Part shown: positions 46,239 through 56,504 of the stretch, one piece after another
Layout of the letters: every line of letters starts with the position of its first letter
How positions within the stretch are numbered: position 1 is the stretch's first letter
Source: Calditrichales bacterium
Lineage (GTDB): Bacteria; Calditrichota; Calditrichia; Calditrichales; J004
Assembly: GCA_965267575.1 (NCBI GenBank)
Contig: OZ254086.1
Location: forward strand, 512,001-576,000
Direction of reading: 5' to 3'
DNA length: 64,000 nt
Notes under the pieces: model-generated
Databases searched by the model: none
Told to the model about the DNA's origin: nothing
The model's input: only the letters and a program-made list of their open reading frames with translations
Program-made: the position numbers and the translations under genes

Positions 46239-49070
46239 TTAATCCAGTTTAACAGGTACAACAGTTTGCAAGCCGCTGTTACCGATATTGTTGAGAATGA
46301 ATGAACCAAATAATTGAAAGCCATCCGGGGTGCGTGGAATTTCCTTATCAAAGAAAAAGTAGACATCCTTTTCCACATTGGGATAGAAATTTACATATTG
46401 CCGTTGTATACGCGGCTGATCAAAAAAGATGTGCTTTTCTTCCAGGCCGGCCTGCCAGCTCAGGTCCTCGTCGTTTACAAAGGCGGGCACCATCTCCAGG
46501 ATGAAACTCCCGGAATAGGGCGGCGAAAACTCCATGTCGATTTCATTATAGGTCAGCGCGTCTTTTTCAAGGCTGTTTCCCTCAAAATCTTTTATGTTCA
46601 GCGAAAAATCGGTGATACGCTGAAAATCCGCCTCATCCAGGGCGAAATGAAACTTAACCGTTTTGATACTGCTGCCCACTGTAAAACTATACTGATAAAT
46701 ACTTTCGTCACTCGTAATAGATTGTTCCTTTACAATGCCTTCCAAGGCCCCCTGCATCAGCGCCTTGTATGGCACACCAAACAGGTTATTGACCAAAACA
46801 TGGCCGCTGGCGTCCTGCCCCACCGGTATCTGGATATCTCGGATTACAGGCGGGTTGCTTTCGAGGCCGCCGCTGGAAACGGAAATATCGCAGCGCGCAT
46901 CCCGGCTGTTTTGAAAAGAGGCATACAGCACGATTTCCCAGATTCCGGGCATCAGCTCCTCGTCGTTCAGTCGCAGCAGCGCCTCATCGCGGTAACGCGT
47001 GTCCAGCGTAACGGCATCGTTTACCTGGCGCCCATAGGGATCAAAGCTGTAAGCGGTTATGGAAATATTATCACTTTTGCTGCGCAGTTCGGCAGCAAAG
47101 GAACTGGCCGCCGGCGGCACATCAACAAAAATCCGTCTGATCTCTCCCGGCGCGAGCGGCACATCCGGCAAACTGGTTTGATAGCCGTTTTCAGCGTTAT
47201 GCCGGTAAGGAATAATAACCGTGTAGGAGAGATCAAAGGCGGCGTTCTCCGGACTGTTTGATGAAAACAGGCCGCCTTTTTCGTAGCCGGTGATGGTCGC
47301 GCTGTATAGCCCCGGTTCAGTAAGCGCCCCGGGCAGGCAATAGGCATCGAACACGGCCGGCGAAGTGCCTTTCATATAAACATTTTTCTGGATTGTTTTT
47401 AGCCACGGTGCGCTGCTTTCCAGGCGGAAGGCACGATAGAAATCTTTTTTGCTGTCCACGGTGAGCGCCTGCCGGAACTGCGGATTGATGTAAAGAGTCT
47501 GCGGATCGTCTTTTTGCGGGAAATAGCCACCCAACCTCCAGTACCCGGCTGGGCCGCTCTCATCCCTAAAAAAGGGGCTGAGCGTACGAACCGAATAGCC
47601 GCTATGCATAGTATCCTTTTGTGATACATAAGCCCGCAATAACCGATAAGCCGCGGGCACATCCACAACGCCGCGTCCCTGGTCCAGCACGGTGACATCT
47701 GTTAACGGTTTGGCGGAGAAGCGCAGCGCTTTTTTCACCTGCCAGGCGAGTATATCCGAGGCATCATCGAAGGCGGAAAGTATTAGCGCTGCTGCACCCG
47801 CTACCTGCGGCGAGGCCATGCTTGTGCCCCACTTGTTCTCACGGTAGGAATAGGGCGGCACTGCCGAAGAAGCTGCACCCGGCGCCAACACGTCCGGCTT
47901 AAAAACCTCTCCGCCGCGTGAGCTGAATTGGAAAACGACATCCCTGTCCAGGGCCGGGGCCCCGTAAATATCGCGCGCGTTGTCCGCCGTGTTCAACGCG
48001 CCAACGGTGATTGCCCGTTCAGCTGCGGCAGGCAGGCCAACCGTGGAAAGACCGGGTCCTTCGTTGGCGGCACTGATGCACATCACGATATTGGGGTTGT
48101 CTTCCAGCATGGCGTTAATGCGGTACTCCATCAGCGCGCGGCCTTCCTCCGCAGAACCAATGCCGTAGCTCATATTCAGAATAACCGGTCCGTCAAAATC
48201 ACGGGCGTATTCCATGGCATGCTCCAGCGCGTCGTTCATGCTGCCGGTAATTGTGGAGCCGCCGGAAAGACTGTTATCTCCGATTTTAAGGCTTAAAAGC
48301 TGAGCACCAGGCGCGATACCGTCCAAACCCTCCTGCCCGTTGATGCGATAACCGGCGGCTATACCGGCTACATGTGTACCGTGGCCGTTTGCGTCGAAGT
48401 GGAAATTAACTTTTTGTTTTTCGGGATAAATTTTGAGAGCAAAGTTTAGCGGATATTGGCTGTAGCGTTTTCCGGAGGAGCGGAATGTAAAAGCTTCGCG
48501 GCTGATACTGTAATCACTCATGATACTTTCATCGTGCAGCTGGCCGTCGGCATCCAGGTCAACCAACGCCTGCCACACGCCGCTTTCGTCATTTTGAAAA
48601 ATGACTACTCCAAAGCGGTCGTCGTTTCTGTTATTGAGATTGATATCGGTAACGTTGGTATTGCGAAAGCGCTTTTCATCCAAAGCACCAATGTAAAAAA
48701 CCGAATCACGCACGGGCAGGGCGAGCAAATCGATACCGTAAAGCCTTAAACCGTCCCCGGTTTCCAGGTATTTTTCTTCATTCTCCGATTGCTGTTCAGC
48801 AAAATCCAAATAAACATCGCCCTCACCGCTGAAATCCTCTACGTCAATGATCTTCTTGCTGCTGTCCGGCAACATGACCAGGCCGGGGGCTCCGCAATCA
48901 ATGCCGCTATCAAGAATAACGATAAGCGTTCCGCGGCCGTCGCCATTGGGGTTTTGACGCAGAAAATCCTGCGCGCCGATGCGTGATGTGTTTAAAAAGC
49001 TCCAGCCCGGCTTCTGGGCAGAGCAAACGGAAAAAACAATCAAAAAAATGAATAATACGCGAGCAGGCAT
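46239..49070 (-). CDS. Exported S8 serine peptidase, tripeptidyl-peptidase II-like
   Basis: Triad D54 (ILDSGID), H230 (GHGTHVAG), S417 (GTSMASP); GIAPGAQLLSLKIGD, NEGPGLSTVG; signal peptide. Confidence 0.88.
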   Translation of the reverse strand: MPARVLFIFLIVFSVCSAQKPGWSFLNTSRIGAQDFLRQNPNGDGRGTLIVILDSGIDCGAPGLVMLPDSSKKIIDVEDFSGEGDVYLDFAEQQSENEEKYLETGDGLRLYGIDLLALPVRDSVFYIGALDEKRFRNTNVTDINLNNRNDDRFGVVIFQNDESGVWQALVDLDADGQLHDESIMSDYSISREAFTFRSSGKRYSQYPLNFALKIYPEKQKVNFHFDANGHGTHVAGIAAGYRINGQEGLDGIAPGAQLLSLKIGDNSLSGGSTITGSMNDALEHAMEYARDFDGPVILNMSYGIGSAEEGRALMEYRINAMLEDNPNIVMCISAANEGPGLSTVGLPAAAERAITVGALNTADNARDIYGAPALDRDVVFQFSSRGGEVFKPDVLAPGAASSAVPPYSYRENKWGTSMASPQVAGAAALILSAFDDASDILAWQVKKALRFSAKPLTDVTVLDQGRGVVDVPAAYRLLRAYVSQKDTMHSGYSVRTLSPFFRDESGPAGYWRLGGYFPQKDDPQTLYINPQFRQALTVDSKKDFYRAFRLESSAPWLKTIQKNVYMKGTSPAVFDAYCLPGALTEPGLYSATITGYEKGGLFSSNSPENAAFDLSYTVIIPYRHNAENGYQTSLPDVPLAPGEIRRIFVDVPPAASSFAAELRSKSDNISITAYSFDPYGRQVNDAVTLDTRYRDEALLRLNDEELMPGIWEIVLYASFQNSRDARCDISVSSGGLESNPPVIRDIQIPVGQDASGHVLVNNLFGVPYKALMQGALEGIVKEQSITSDESIYQYSFTVGSSIKTVKFHFALDEADFQRITDFSLNIKDFEGNSLEKDALTYNEIDMEFSPPYSGSFILEMVPAFVNDEDLSWQAGLEEKHIFFDQPRIQRQYVNFYPNVEKDVYFFFDKEIPRTPDGFQLFGSFILNNIGNSGLQTVVPVKLD

Positions 49071-49130
49071 AGTGCTTCTGTTCCGGAGTTAGATTGTCAG
49101 CAAGAATATACGGAAGAGAGGATAAAGATA

Positions 49131-49982
49131 TTAGTTTTTTGCCAGATTTTGCGACGCGGCATCGCGGGCACAACGAAAGCCCAGAAAATCGAAACGAACA
49201 CCCCGGTCGTAATACGTGCGGTGTGATACACGCATATATTTGCCGCTGCGGTTCCAGGAAGCACCACGCACAACCTTGTAACGACCTTCATCAGGCCCTT
49301 CAGGATCTCTTTCGGCAATTTGCGAATAATTATCGGCGTACCAGTCCGCGCACCACTCCAACACGTTGCCGTTCATATCGTGGATGCCGAATGTATTGGG
49401 CCGAAACATGGCAACGGGACAGGTGAAAATATAGCCGTCGTCATAGCCCTTAACCACCGGGAAATGGAATTTATAGCGTTTCATCGATTCGTCGGCGATG
49501 TTTTCGTAGTTGCGGGTGTACATATCGTTGCCGCTGTTTTCGAATGTAAAAGTGTAGGGATTGTCTCCACCTCGCGCGGCGTATTCCCACTCGGCTTCCG
49601 TGGGCAGTCGCTTGCCGGCCCAGCGCGCGTAAGCATCAGCGTCTTTCCAGGAAACATTCACCACGGGATGGTGGGGCCGGTTCCAGTCCGGCTGCTTGGG
49701 CATCTTGTAGCCGGTGGCATCGCAAAAAGCGCCAAACTCGGCAACCGTTACTTCCGTTTTATCCAGAAAGAATGATTTTACATACACGCGTTTCACGGGT
49801 CGCTCATTGGCCACTTGCTTGGAGCCCAGGTTGAACCAGCCGCCGGGAATAAGCATCATACCGTCTTCTTCAACAAAGACGGGGCTTTGGTTTTCCTGCT
49901 GCTCAGATTCGGCTTTATCAAAGAGGCTCCACTGGCAGGAAGATACGATCAATAATGTGCAGATAAGAAAAATTATGCGCAT
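49131..49982 (-). CDS. FGE-sulfatase (SUMF1-like) domain lipoprotein lacking the catalytic Cys pair
   Basis: Lipobox VSSC; HPVVNVSW, RLPTEAEWEYAARGG, MNGNVLEWC, RGASW, GFRC. Confidence 0.88.
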   Translation of the reverse strand: MRIIFLICTLLIVSSCQWSLFDKAESEQQENQSPVFVEEDGMMLIPGGWFNLGSKQVANERPVKRVYVKSFFLDKTEVTVAEFGAFCDATGYKMPKQPDWNRPHHPVVNVSWKDADAYARWAGKRLPTEAEWEYAARGGDNPYTFTFENSGNDMYTRNYENIADESMKRYKFHFPVVKGYDDGYIFTCPVAMFRPNTFGIHDMNGNVLEWCADWYADNYSQIAERDPEGPDEGRYKVVRGASWNRSGKYMRVSHRTYYDRGVRFDFLGFRCARDAASQNLAKN

Positions 49983-50021
49983 TTGAGATGTTTCTTGTTA
50001 TTCCTTTAGTCAGGCTATCGG

Positions 50022-50048
50022 AAAAAAAACCGGGCCGTTAAGCCCGGC
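50022..50048 (-). terminator. Intrinsic terminator
   Basis: aaaaaaaa-ccgggc-cgttaa-gcccgg on the plus strand. Confidence 0.7.
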
Positions 50049-50078
50049 TATCTCAAACGCAGAAATCTGAACAGCTTT

Positions 50079-51131
50079 TTATTTTGCGGATTCCAGGGCT
50101 TCCAGTTTTTTCTTAACCGTAGCGGCCGCATCCATAAAGGCCTTGCTTTGCGCGCTATCCGGATCGCCGGCAACGATGGGCACACCTTTGTCCCCGCCAA
50201 CACGGATCGCCGTATCGAGCGGTATTTCGCCCAGCAGCTCGGTGTTAAGGCTTTCGCAGGTCTTGCGCACACCACCGTGATCGAAGATATCGCTGCGCTC
50301 GCCGCAATGCGGGCAGGAGAAATAGCTCATATTTTCGATGATACCCATAATGGGCACGTTGACTTTGCGGAACATCTGCACGCCTTTCACCGCATCGAGC
50401 AGGGCCACATTCTGCGGCGTTGAGACAATGATGGCACCGTCCAGCGCGACAGTTTGGGAAAGAGTTAACTGGGCGTCTCCTGTTCCCGGCGGCATGTCAA
50501 ATACGATAACATCCAGACCGTCCCAGTTCACATCGTTCATAAGCTGCTGCAACGCCCGTGTAACCAGCGCTCCCCGCCAAATGACAGGATCATTCTGGTC
50601 TACCAAAAAGCCCAGCGACATCAGGTTAACACCATATTTGTGAATGGGATGCAGCTTGCGACCGTCAAAAGCGGGCTGTTCTTTAATGTCAAACATCACG
50701 GGAATGCTGGGTCCGTAAATGTCGGCATCGAGCAGGCCGGTTTTCATGCCCATTTTGGCCAGGGCCAGGGCCAGATTTACCGCCACCGTCGATTTGCCAA
50801 CACCACCTTTTCCGGAGGCCACGGCAATCTTGTACTTCACGTTGGGCAGAAGCATTTGCCGCTGCTGGCCGCCCTGAATCTGACCGGGCGCCTGCACCTG
50901 CACATCCACGGAAACCTGCGCACCGGAAAAATCCTTGCCCAACACACTTTCAATTTCACTTTGCAGCGCCTGGCTCACCTTGGGATCCTGACTTTTAAGG
51001 ACAAGCCCCACGTGAATGGCGTTGCCTTCAACTTCAAGTTGCTGGACAATCCCAAACGATACAATGTCCCTGCTGAAACCGGGGTAGTTTATTTTTTTCA
51101 ACGATTCTAAGATTTGCTCTTTGCTGGCCAT
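50079..51131 (-). CDS. apbC: Mrp/ApbC/NBP35 Fe-S cluster carrier ATPase
   Basis: Start MASKEQ after AAGGA; GKGGVGKST, DADIYGPS, DMPPGTGD, ENMSYFSCPHC. Confidence 0.93.
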   Translation of the reverse strand: MASKEQILESLKKINYPGFSRDIVSFGIVQQLEVEGNAIHVGLVLKSQDPKVSQALQSEIESVLGKDFSGAQVSVDVQVQAPGQIQGGQQRQMLLPNVKYKIAVASGKGGVGKSTVAVNLALALAKMGMKTGLLDADIYGPSIPVMFDIKEQPAFDGRKLHPIHKYGVNLMSLGFLVDQNDPVIWRGALVTRALQQLMNDVNWDGLDVIVFDMPPGTGDAQLTLSQTVALDGAIIVSTPQNVALLDAVKGVQMFRKVNVPIMGIIENMSYFSCPHCGERSDIFDHGGVRKTCESLNTELLGEIPLDTAIRVGGDKGVPIVAGDPDSAQSKAFMDAAATVKKKLEALESAK

Positions 51132-51239
51132 CTTGTATGTCCTTTCCTTTATAAACAAAAAATGCCTGACGAAAAAATCGTCAAGCATTTAAATTAACAA
51201 AAAAAACAATCAGATAAAGTATTTAGAGAAACGCAGAGA

Positions 51240-51902
51240 TCAGATCACAACTTCCAGGTCCAGAACAGTATCGTGATTCAGGTCCAGCTTGATCTCTTTG
51301 GGCACGTCCAGCTCAATATCGTTTATCAGGTTGAGCTGCACTTTGAAAGTTTTATTTTCCACATCCTTTTCAATCAACTTTCCGGAGCCATTAATCACGC
51401 CGCCTTTCTGACGATCATAGTAACTGATCAGAATAGCTTCGTTTAAATCCAGCGCATCGAGGATTTCCAGCAATTCGCCCTGGTTTTTTTGCTCAATGAT
51501 GCTTTCATCGATGTCTTCTTCAACGCTGGATACGTCACCCTCATTGTAATAAAAATCGATCACACCGCCGCCACCTTTTACATAAACCACTTTCTCGTCC
51601 ATATCCTCCTTGATGTCGCGTTCGAGATTGATCACACGGCCGGTAAAATATTCCTCCCGGATATCAACGATCTGCACGGTAATGGGTTTTGGCTCGGGCG
51701 TGCCGTCGTATTCCACACGGGTTATGTTAACTTTTTTTCCTTTTCCGATTTCCTTTACGCGATTGCGCAGGGCTTCCGGCGTTAGAGCGCCCGGCCGGAC
51801 GGTGCTTTTCTTTTTGGATTTAAAAAGATTTAAGAAGTGTCGTTTTAAGCGACTTTCCCCGGAGAGCGCAGCAGGCGCGTCAAAGTGGATAAATCGGTGC
51901 AT
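51240..51902 (-). CDS. Hypothetical acidic, beta-rich protein
   Basis: 220-codon ORF with RBS GGAGG, co-oriented with its neighbours; no family recognised. Confidence 0.7.
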   Translation of the reverse strand: MHRFIHFDAPAALSGESRLKRHFLNLFKSKKKSTVRPGALTPEALRNRVKEIGKGKKVNITRVEYDGTPEPKPITVQIVDIREEYFTGRVINLERDIKEDMDEKVVYVKGGGGVIDFYYNEGDVSSVEEDIDESIIEQKNQGELLEILDALDLNEAILISYYDRQKGGVINGSGKLIEKDVENKTFKVQLNLINDIELDVPKEIKLDLNHDTVLDLEVVI

Positions 51903-51966
51903 ATTGTGGCCTCCAAATAATTTAGGGAATATTAGGTATCGTATTAAAAAAAATCAACTTAGCCGC

Positions 51967-53682
51967 TTATTTTGTTCGTCCGGCTTCTTTTAAAAGCTGT
52001 GATGCATTGGCCAGCGCCTGTTCGGTAATGTTCATGCCGCCAAGCAAATGGGCAATTTCAGAAATCTGTTCATCCAGGTTTAATGATGATATTTCGACAG
52101 TCGTCGCATTTTCATGAGCGGTTTTTGACACTTTATAATGGTGATCCGCAAAGGCGGCGATCTGCGGCAGGTGGGTTACGCAGATGAGCTGATGGAAGCG
52201 GGCCAGTTCGTTGATCTTTCGGCCCACGATTTGCGCCGTTTTGCCCGAGATGCCGCTGTCGATTTCATCAAACACAAGCACGGGAATGTGGTCTTTTTCG
52301 GCCAGGATAGTCTTCAGGGCCAGCATCAGCCGCGACAGCTCACCTCCGGAAGCAATTTTGTGAATGGGCTTTTCCCTTTCACCGGGATTCGCGCTGAACG
52401 AAAATTGAACGCGATCGAAACCGCTTTCGGCCGGCACGGCGTTTTTGCCCTTAAAGAAGAATGGTGAAGCCGCATCTTCATCAACGTTAAACTCCACCAC
52501 AAACCGTCCGTCCGCCATGCCTATTTCATGTATGATTTCATCGATCCGCGCACAAAACCGGTCCGCGGCTTCGCGTCTCTTGCTGTGCAGTGCTTCTCCC
52601 ATTTCCTGCAGGCGGGTCGTATGTTTCTTCTTTTCGGCGCGAATTTCCTCCAGGCGCCGGTCAAAATTTTCGATGTCATCAAGCTTCGCGGCAAGGTCTT
52701 CGCGCAACTGAAGCAAGCCGCTTATATTTTCCTGGCGGTATTTTTTCAGCAAAAACTCAAGCTGCGCGATACGCTGGCGCAAAAACTCGGCTCTTTCCGG
52801 GTCAAATTCCATACTGCCCAGGTAGCGCTCCGTCTCCCGCCCGATCTCTTCAATCGTGTCGCGCGCGGTAGCCATATTGCTTAGCATTTCCGCAAACTGC
52901 GGATCAAATCGGGCCATTTCCTGCAGTTGATCTTCCGCGCGGTTTACAAGTTCTGTAGCATTGGGCTCACCGGAATAGAGCAATTCGGTAATGGCCTGTG
53001 CCGCCTGATGTAATTTTTCATAATTATTTAATATCCTGGATTCGTCCTTTAGTTGTTCCAGCTCGTCTTCGCGTAATTCTGCTTTATCCAGCTCGCCAAT
53101 TTGAAAACTATACAGGTCTTTTTGCTGAAGCGCCTGGGACTGGCTGTTTTGCAATTCTCTTTCCCGTTGCAATAACGCTTTGTATTGCCGCCATTCATCA
53201 GCAAAGGCTGCGGTGGCTTTCTGTGTACCGGCAAAGGCATCCAGGTAGCGCAGGTGATTTTCCGGATGCAACAAAGCCTGGTGTTGATGCTGCCCGTGCA
53301 AATCAAAAAGCAGCGGGCTCAAATCATTGAGGTCATTCAGGGTTACGGGTGAATCGTTGATAAAAATGCGCGACGTGCCGCTTGCGGCAATTTCCTTGCG
53401 GATAATAAGGATGTTATCAGCGGATGGCTCAAAACGTTCTTTTACAAATGCGCTGATATCCGGACGTGCGCCAAGATCGAGATGTGCTTCAATGACAGCT
53501 TTCTGCGCCCCGTCGGCAATCCATTCCAGGCGGCTGCGCTCTCCGCACAGCTGGCTGATGGCGTTTACCAATATCGACTTGCCGGCGCCGCTTTCCCCGG
53601 TGATGATATTCAAACCGGGCTGAAAACGAATCTCGCTCTTCTCGATAAGCGCGAAGTTCTTAATAAGAAGATATGTGATCAT
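51967..53682 (-). CDS. recN: DNA repair protein RecN
   Basis: TGESGAGKS, HGQH, coiled coil, ASGGELSR, VFDEID, CVTHLPQIA. Confidence 0.97.
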   Translation of the reverse strand: MITYLLIKNFALIEKSEIRFQPGLNIITGESGAGKSILVNAISQLCGERSRLEWIADGAQKAVIEAHLDLGARPDISAFVKERFEPSADNILIIRKEIAASGTSRIFINDSPVTLNDLNDLSPLLFDLHGQHQHQALLHPENHLRYLDAFAGTQKATAAFADEWRQYKALLQRERELQNSQSQALQQKDLYSFQIGELDKAELREDELEQLKDESRILNNYEKLHQAAQAITELLYSGEPNATELVNRAEDQLQEMARFDPQFAEMLSNMATARDTIEEIGRETERYLGSMEFDPERAEFLRQRIAQLEFLLKKYRQENISGLLQLREDLAAKLDDIENFDRRLEEIRAEKKKHTTRLQEMGEALHSKRREAADRFCARIDEIIHEIGMADGRFVVEFNVDEDAASPFFFKGKNAVPAESGFDRVQFSFSANPGEREKPIHKIASGGELSRLMLALKTILAEKDHIPVLVFDEIDSGISGKTAQIVGRKINELARFHQLICVTHLPQIAAFADHHYKVSKTAHENATTVEISSLNLDEQISEIAHLLGGMNITEQALANASQLLKEAGRTK

Positions 53683-53688
53683 AAAGGT

Positions 53689-56022
53689 TTATCGAATAAC
53701 AGCAAACTTTCCGGCTTTGGCTTTGCCTTCCTCGGTAAAGGCCATGAAAAGATATATGCCGGAAGCTACTTTGTTGCCCAGAAGGTCGCGGCCATCCCAC
53801 TGCGCGCGTGATCCGTCTACAGAACGGTTATCCACCGAAAGCTCACGCACGAGTGTGCCGTTGAGGTCAAATATCTTAACTGTGGAGTTATTCATCAAGT
53901 TGGTAATAGTAAAATTTGCGTTTTCATCCGCATAATAAGGATTCGGTCCAAAGCTCACAGAGGAAAAATCGGAACGTATTTCGGCAAAGGTGCCGCGAAA
54001 AACGGAGATTCCGCTTTCGGTTCCTATATAGGCAGCACCCTCATCGTTGTCCACAAAAACGCTGTGCACATTGTTATCCAGCAAACCGCTGTTGGTAGAA
54101 GTGTATCCAACCCAGCTGCCGGCTTCGAAGGCACTTAGACCGCCGCGTAAAATACTTACGCCGCCGGCAGTAGCAATCCATTTATTGTTAAAACGGTCCA
54201 CCACAATCTGGCTGATGCTGTTGCTAAGCGGACCATCCAAGCCGTTTTCATCACCGGCGTGGCGATAAAGGTTTTGACCGTCGAAAGAGTTGAGCCCGGC
54301 CGTTGTCCCGATCCACATGATGCCATCGTCATCATAGGCCAGACTGCGGATGGAGTTGCCGTAAAGATTGTCATTTATGTCGAGATTAAACACCTGATCA
54401 TCGCTTTTGTCGCTGAGCGTGTTGTTGTAATCAAGAATGTAAACCCCGTCGCGTTGCGTACCAATCCACACGCGGCCGAAGTCATCAATTTCAATACAGG
54501 AAAGCCCCTCATCCTCAGGAAGGCTTATGCCATCATTTCTGCCAAAATAGGTCCACGCGGACGGGTTTAGTTCAAGAAATCCGTCGTTGTTGTAAGGCGC
54601 AACCGCAATAAACTGACCGTTATTGGCGTAAGCATTCACAATCCACAATCGCCCGAAGTCATCTTCAGTCATCGCCGTAATGACTAGGTAGTCCAGAATA
54701 TTGTTTGGCGCCGGACTGAAATATCCGCGGAATTGAGGCTCAACCGGCTGCAATGTTTCAATCTTTGTTGTTGAATCGGTTATTATGAGCTGGCCGCTTT
54801 TGTCGTGATTATGCAAAAATTCGAAATCATTGTTTTTAAGGCCCATCAATCCACCACCCCAGGAGCCAAACCAAACTGTGCCAAAACGATCTTCATAAAT
54901 ATAATCTGTATTACCCAGGTTATTCCAACCCTCTCCGCCAAAATCATAATGGGTCCAGATATCGTTTTCTAACAAAAAGAAACCCAGGTTGGGAGTAAGT
55001 TTGTATTTGCCGCTGCTGGCCCAAAGGCGCCCTTTTGAATCTGTCAAAACAAAACGAACGGCATTTCGGGCAGGCCCCGGAAGTGCGTTAACGATTTCGT
55101 TTTCTGCGTCATATAGTCCCGTATTCGCCAAACCCAAATAGAGGCCTTCTTGCGTGGTTTGCGCTGCATTGATTATTGCCGGAGCCGAGTACACCTCTTC
55201 GTTCCCGTCAACCGGATCGTATAAACGGTAGGTTCTGCCAGAGACGATCACCAGACGCCCGTACCGCCGCCCCAAACCATTTATGGAATAGTTGCGGTAG
55301 CGGTCAATCTGCGTGACCTGGCCTGAGTTATCCAGCCTGAACAGACCATTGGCGTTAGCCATCCATAAGCTACCTGACATGACATAAAAGGCCCGTATTC
55401 CATTATTAAATTCGGGACGCTCGCTGTGTACTTTCCAGTTCTGCGGGTCTGTCAGGTTGAATCTTGTAAAATCGGCCTTTGCGGAAAAAAGCCCCACCTC
55501 AGTAGCAAGCCACAATCTCCCGTTAAAGAGGGCAATGTCATTCAGCGTATTAAAAAGTTCCGGAAAATTAATGAGATAGTCGTTGAAGGAATACTCTTGG
55601 TCACGCCTGAGAAAAACACCGACGCCACTTCCTGCCGAAACGTAAAGCGAGTCACCGCTGGTAATAATTTTTCCGATCGTCAGGCCATCGAAGTCGTAGA
55701 GGGTTTGCCACGCATCTAGCTGAGGGGCATACAACTGCAAAAAACCTTCCGAGCTGCCTACGATCACCTCGCCGAAGGAAGAAACCGTAACAGAGGTCAA
55801 GTCCACGGAAAGCAATCCGTTCAGGTTGTCAAAGCGCTTTTTCACACCATCATCAGGATCGTATTGAAACAGACCGCCATCGCTGGCAACCCAAATCGTG
55901 CCATCGCTTTCAACCATATCGGTAATGTTATTCAGGCTTGTAATGGACTGCCAGTCAGGATTTTGGGCAAACAGACCCGCAGTCATCAGGAAGGATGCAA
56001 TCAGCAAAAATTTTTTGTACAT
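53689..56022 (-). CDS. porZ: PorZ-like beta-propeller protein with a C-terminal sorting domain
   Basis: Signal peptide; many D..G..W.GT..G propeller repeats; GAAYIGTESGISVF; C-terminus FGPNPY...VKIFDLNGTLVR...WDGRD..G.KVASGIY...GKFAVIR. Confidence 0.7.
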   Translation of the reverse strand: MYKKFLLIASFLMTAGLFAQNPDWQSITSLNNITDMVESDGTIWVASDGGLFQYDPDDGVKKRFDNLNGLLSVDLTSVTVSSFGEVIVGSSEGFLQLYAPQLDAWQTLYDFDGLTIGKIITSGDSLYVSAGSGVGVFLRRDQEYSFNDYLINFPELFNTLNDIALFNGRLWLATEVGLFSAKADFTRFNLTDPQNWKVHSERPEFNNGIRAFYVMSGSLWMANANGLFRLDNSGQVTQIDRYRNYSINGLGRRYGRLVIVSGRTYRLYDPVDGNEEVYSAPAIINAAQTTQEGLYLGLANTGLYDAENEIVNALPGPARNAVRFVLTDSKGRLWASSGKYKLTPNLGFFLLENDIWTHYDFGGEGWNNLGNTDYIYEDRFGTVWFGSWGGGLMGLKNNDFEFLHNHDKSGQLIITDSTTKIETLQPVEPQFRGYFSPAPNNILDYLVITAMTEDDFGRLWIVNAYANNGQFIAVAPYNNDGFLELNPSAWTYFGRNDGISLPEDEGLSCIEIDDFGRVWIGTQRDGVYILDYNNTLSDKSDDQVFNLDINDNLYGNSIRSLAYDDDGIMWIGTTAGLNSFDGQNLYRHAGDENGLDGPLSNSISQIVVDRFNNKWIATAGGVSILRGGLSAFEAGSWVGYTSTNSGLLDNNVHSVFVDNDEGAAYIGTESGISVFRGTFAEIRSDFSSVSFGPNPYYADENANFTITNLMNNSTVKIFDLNGTLVRELSVDNRSVDGSRAQWDGRDLLGNKVASGIYLFMAFTEEGKAKAGKFAVIR

Positions 56023-56028
56023 AAACCG

Positions 56029-56493
56029 TTAGATTTTATCCAGTAAATGGGCCATTTCCATTGCACTTAACGCCGCATCCCAGCCCTTGTTTCCGGCCTT
56101 TGTGCCGGCGCGCTCCAAAGCCTGTTCGATTGTGTCCGTCGTAAGCACACCAAATATGACCGGCACATCGGAGTCCGTGGATAAATGCCCGATTCCACGG
56201 GCCGCTTGTCCGGCAACGTAATCAAAATGCGATGTGGCGCCACGGATAACACAACCCAGGCAGATAACGGCATCATACTTTTTTGATTGTACCAGGGCGC
56301 GCGCTACCTGCGACAACTCAAAGGCACCGGGACACCAGGCTACAGTCACATCATCCTCTTTGCCTTCATGGCGCACAATACAGTCCAGCGCTCCCTGCAA
56401 CAGTTTGGATGTAATTAAATCGTTAAAACGACTCACTACAATGGCAAATTTTTTCCCTTTTGCAGAAAAATGCCCTTCGATAATTTTAGCCAC
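56029..56493 (-). CDS. ribH: 6,7-dimethyl-8-ribityllumazine synthase
   Basis: [35 protein letters not shown]. Confidence 0.98.
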   Translation of the reverse strand: MAKIIEGHFSAKGKKFAIVVSRFNDLITSKLLQGALDCIVRHEGKEDDVTVAWCPGAFELSQVARALVQSKKYDAVICLGCVIRGATSHFDYVAGQAARGIGHLSTDSDVPVIFGVLTTDTIEQALERAGTKAGNKGWDAALSAMEMAHLLDKI

Positions 56494-56504
56494 TTTTTTC
56501 TCCG

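Noticed and set aside
46314-47261. 315-aa plus-strand ORF
   Set aside because: Antisense to the S8 peptidase.
49131-49982. True formylglycine-generating enzyme
   Set aside because: Lacks the catalytic Cys pair after RGxSW, and no sulfatase is adjacent.
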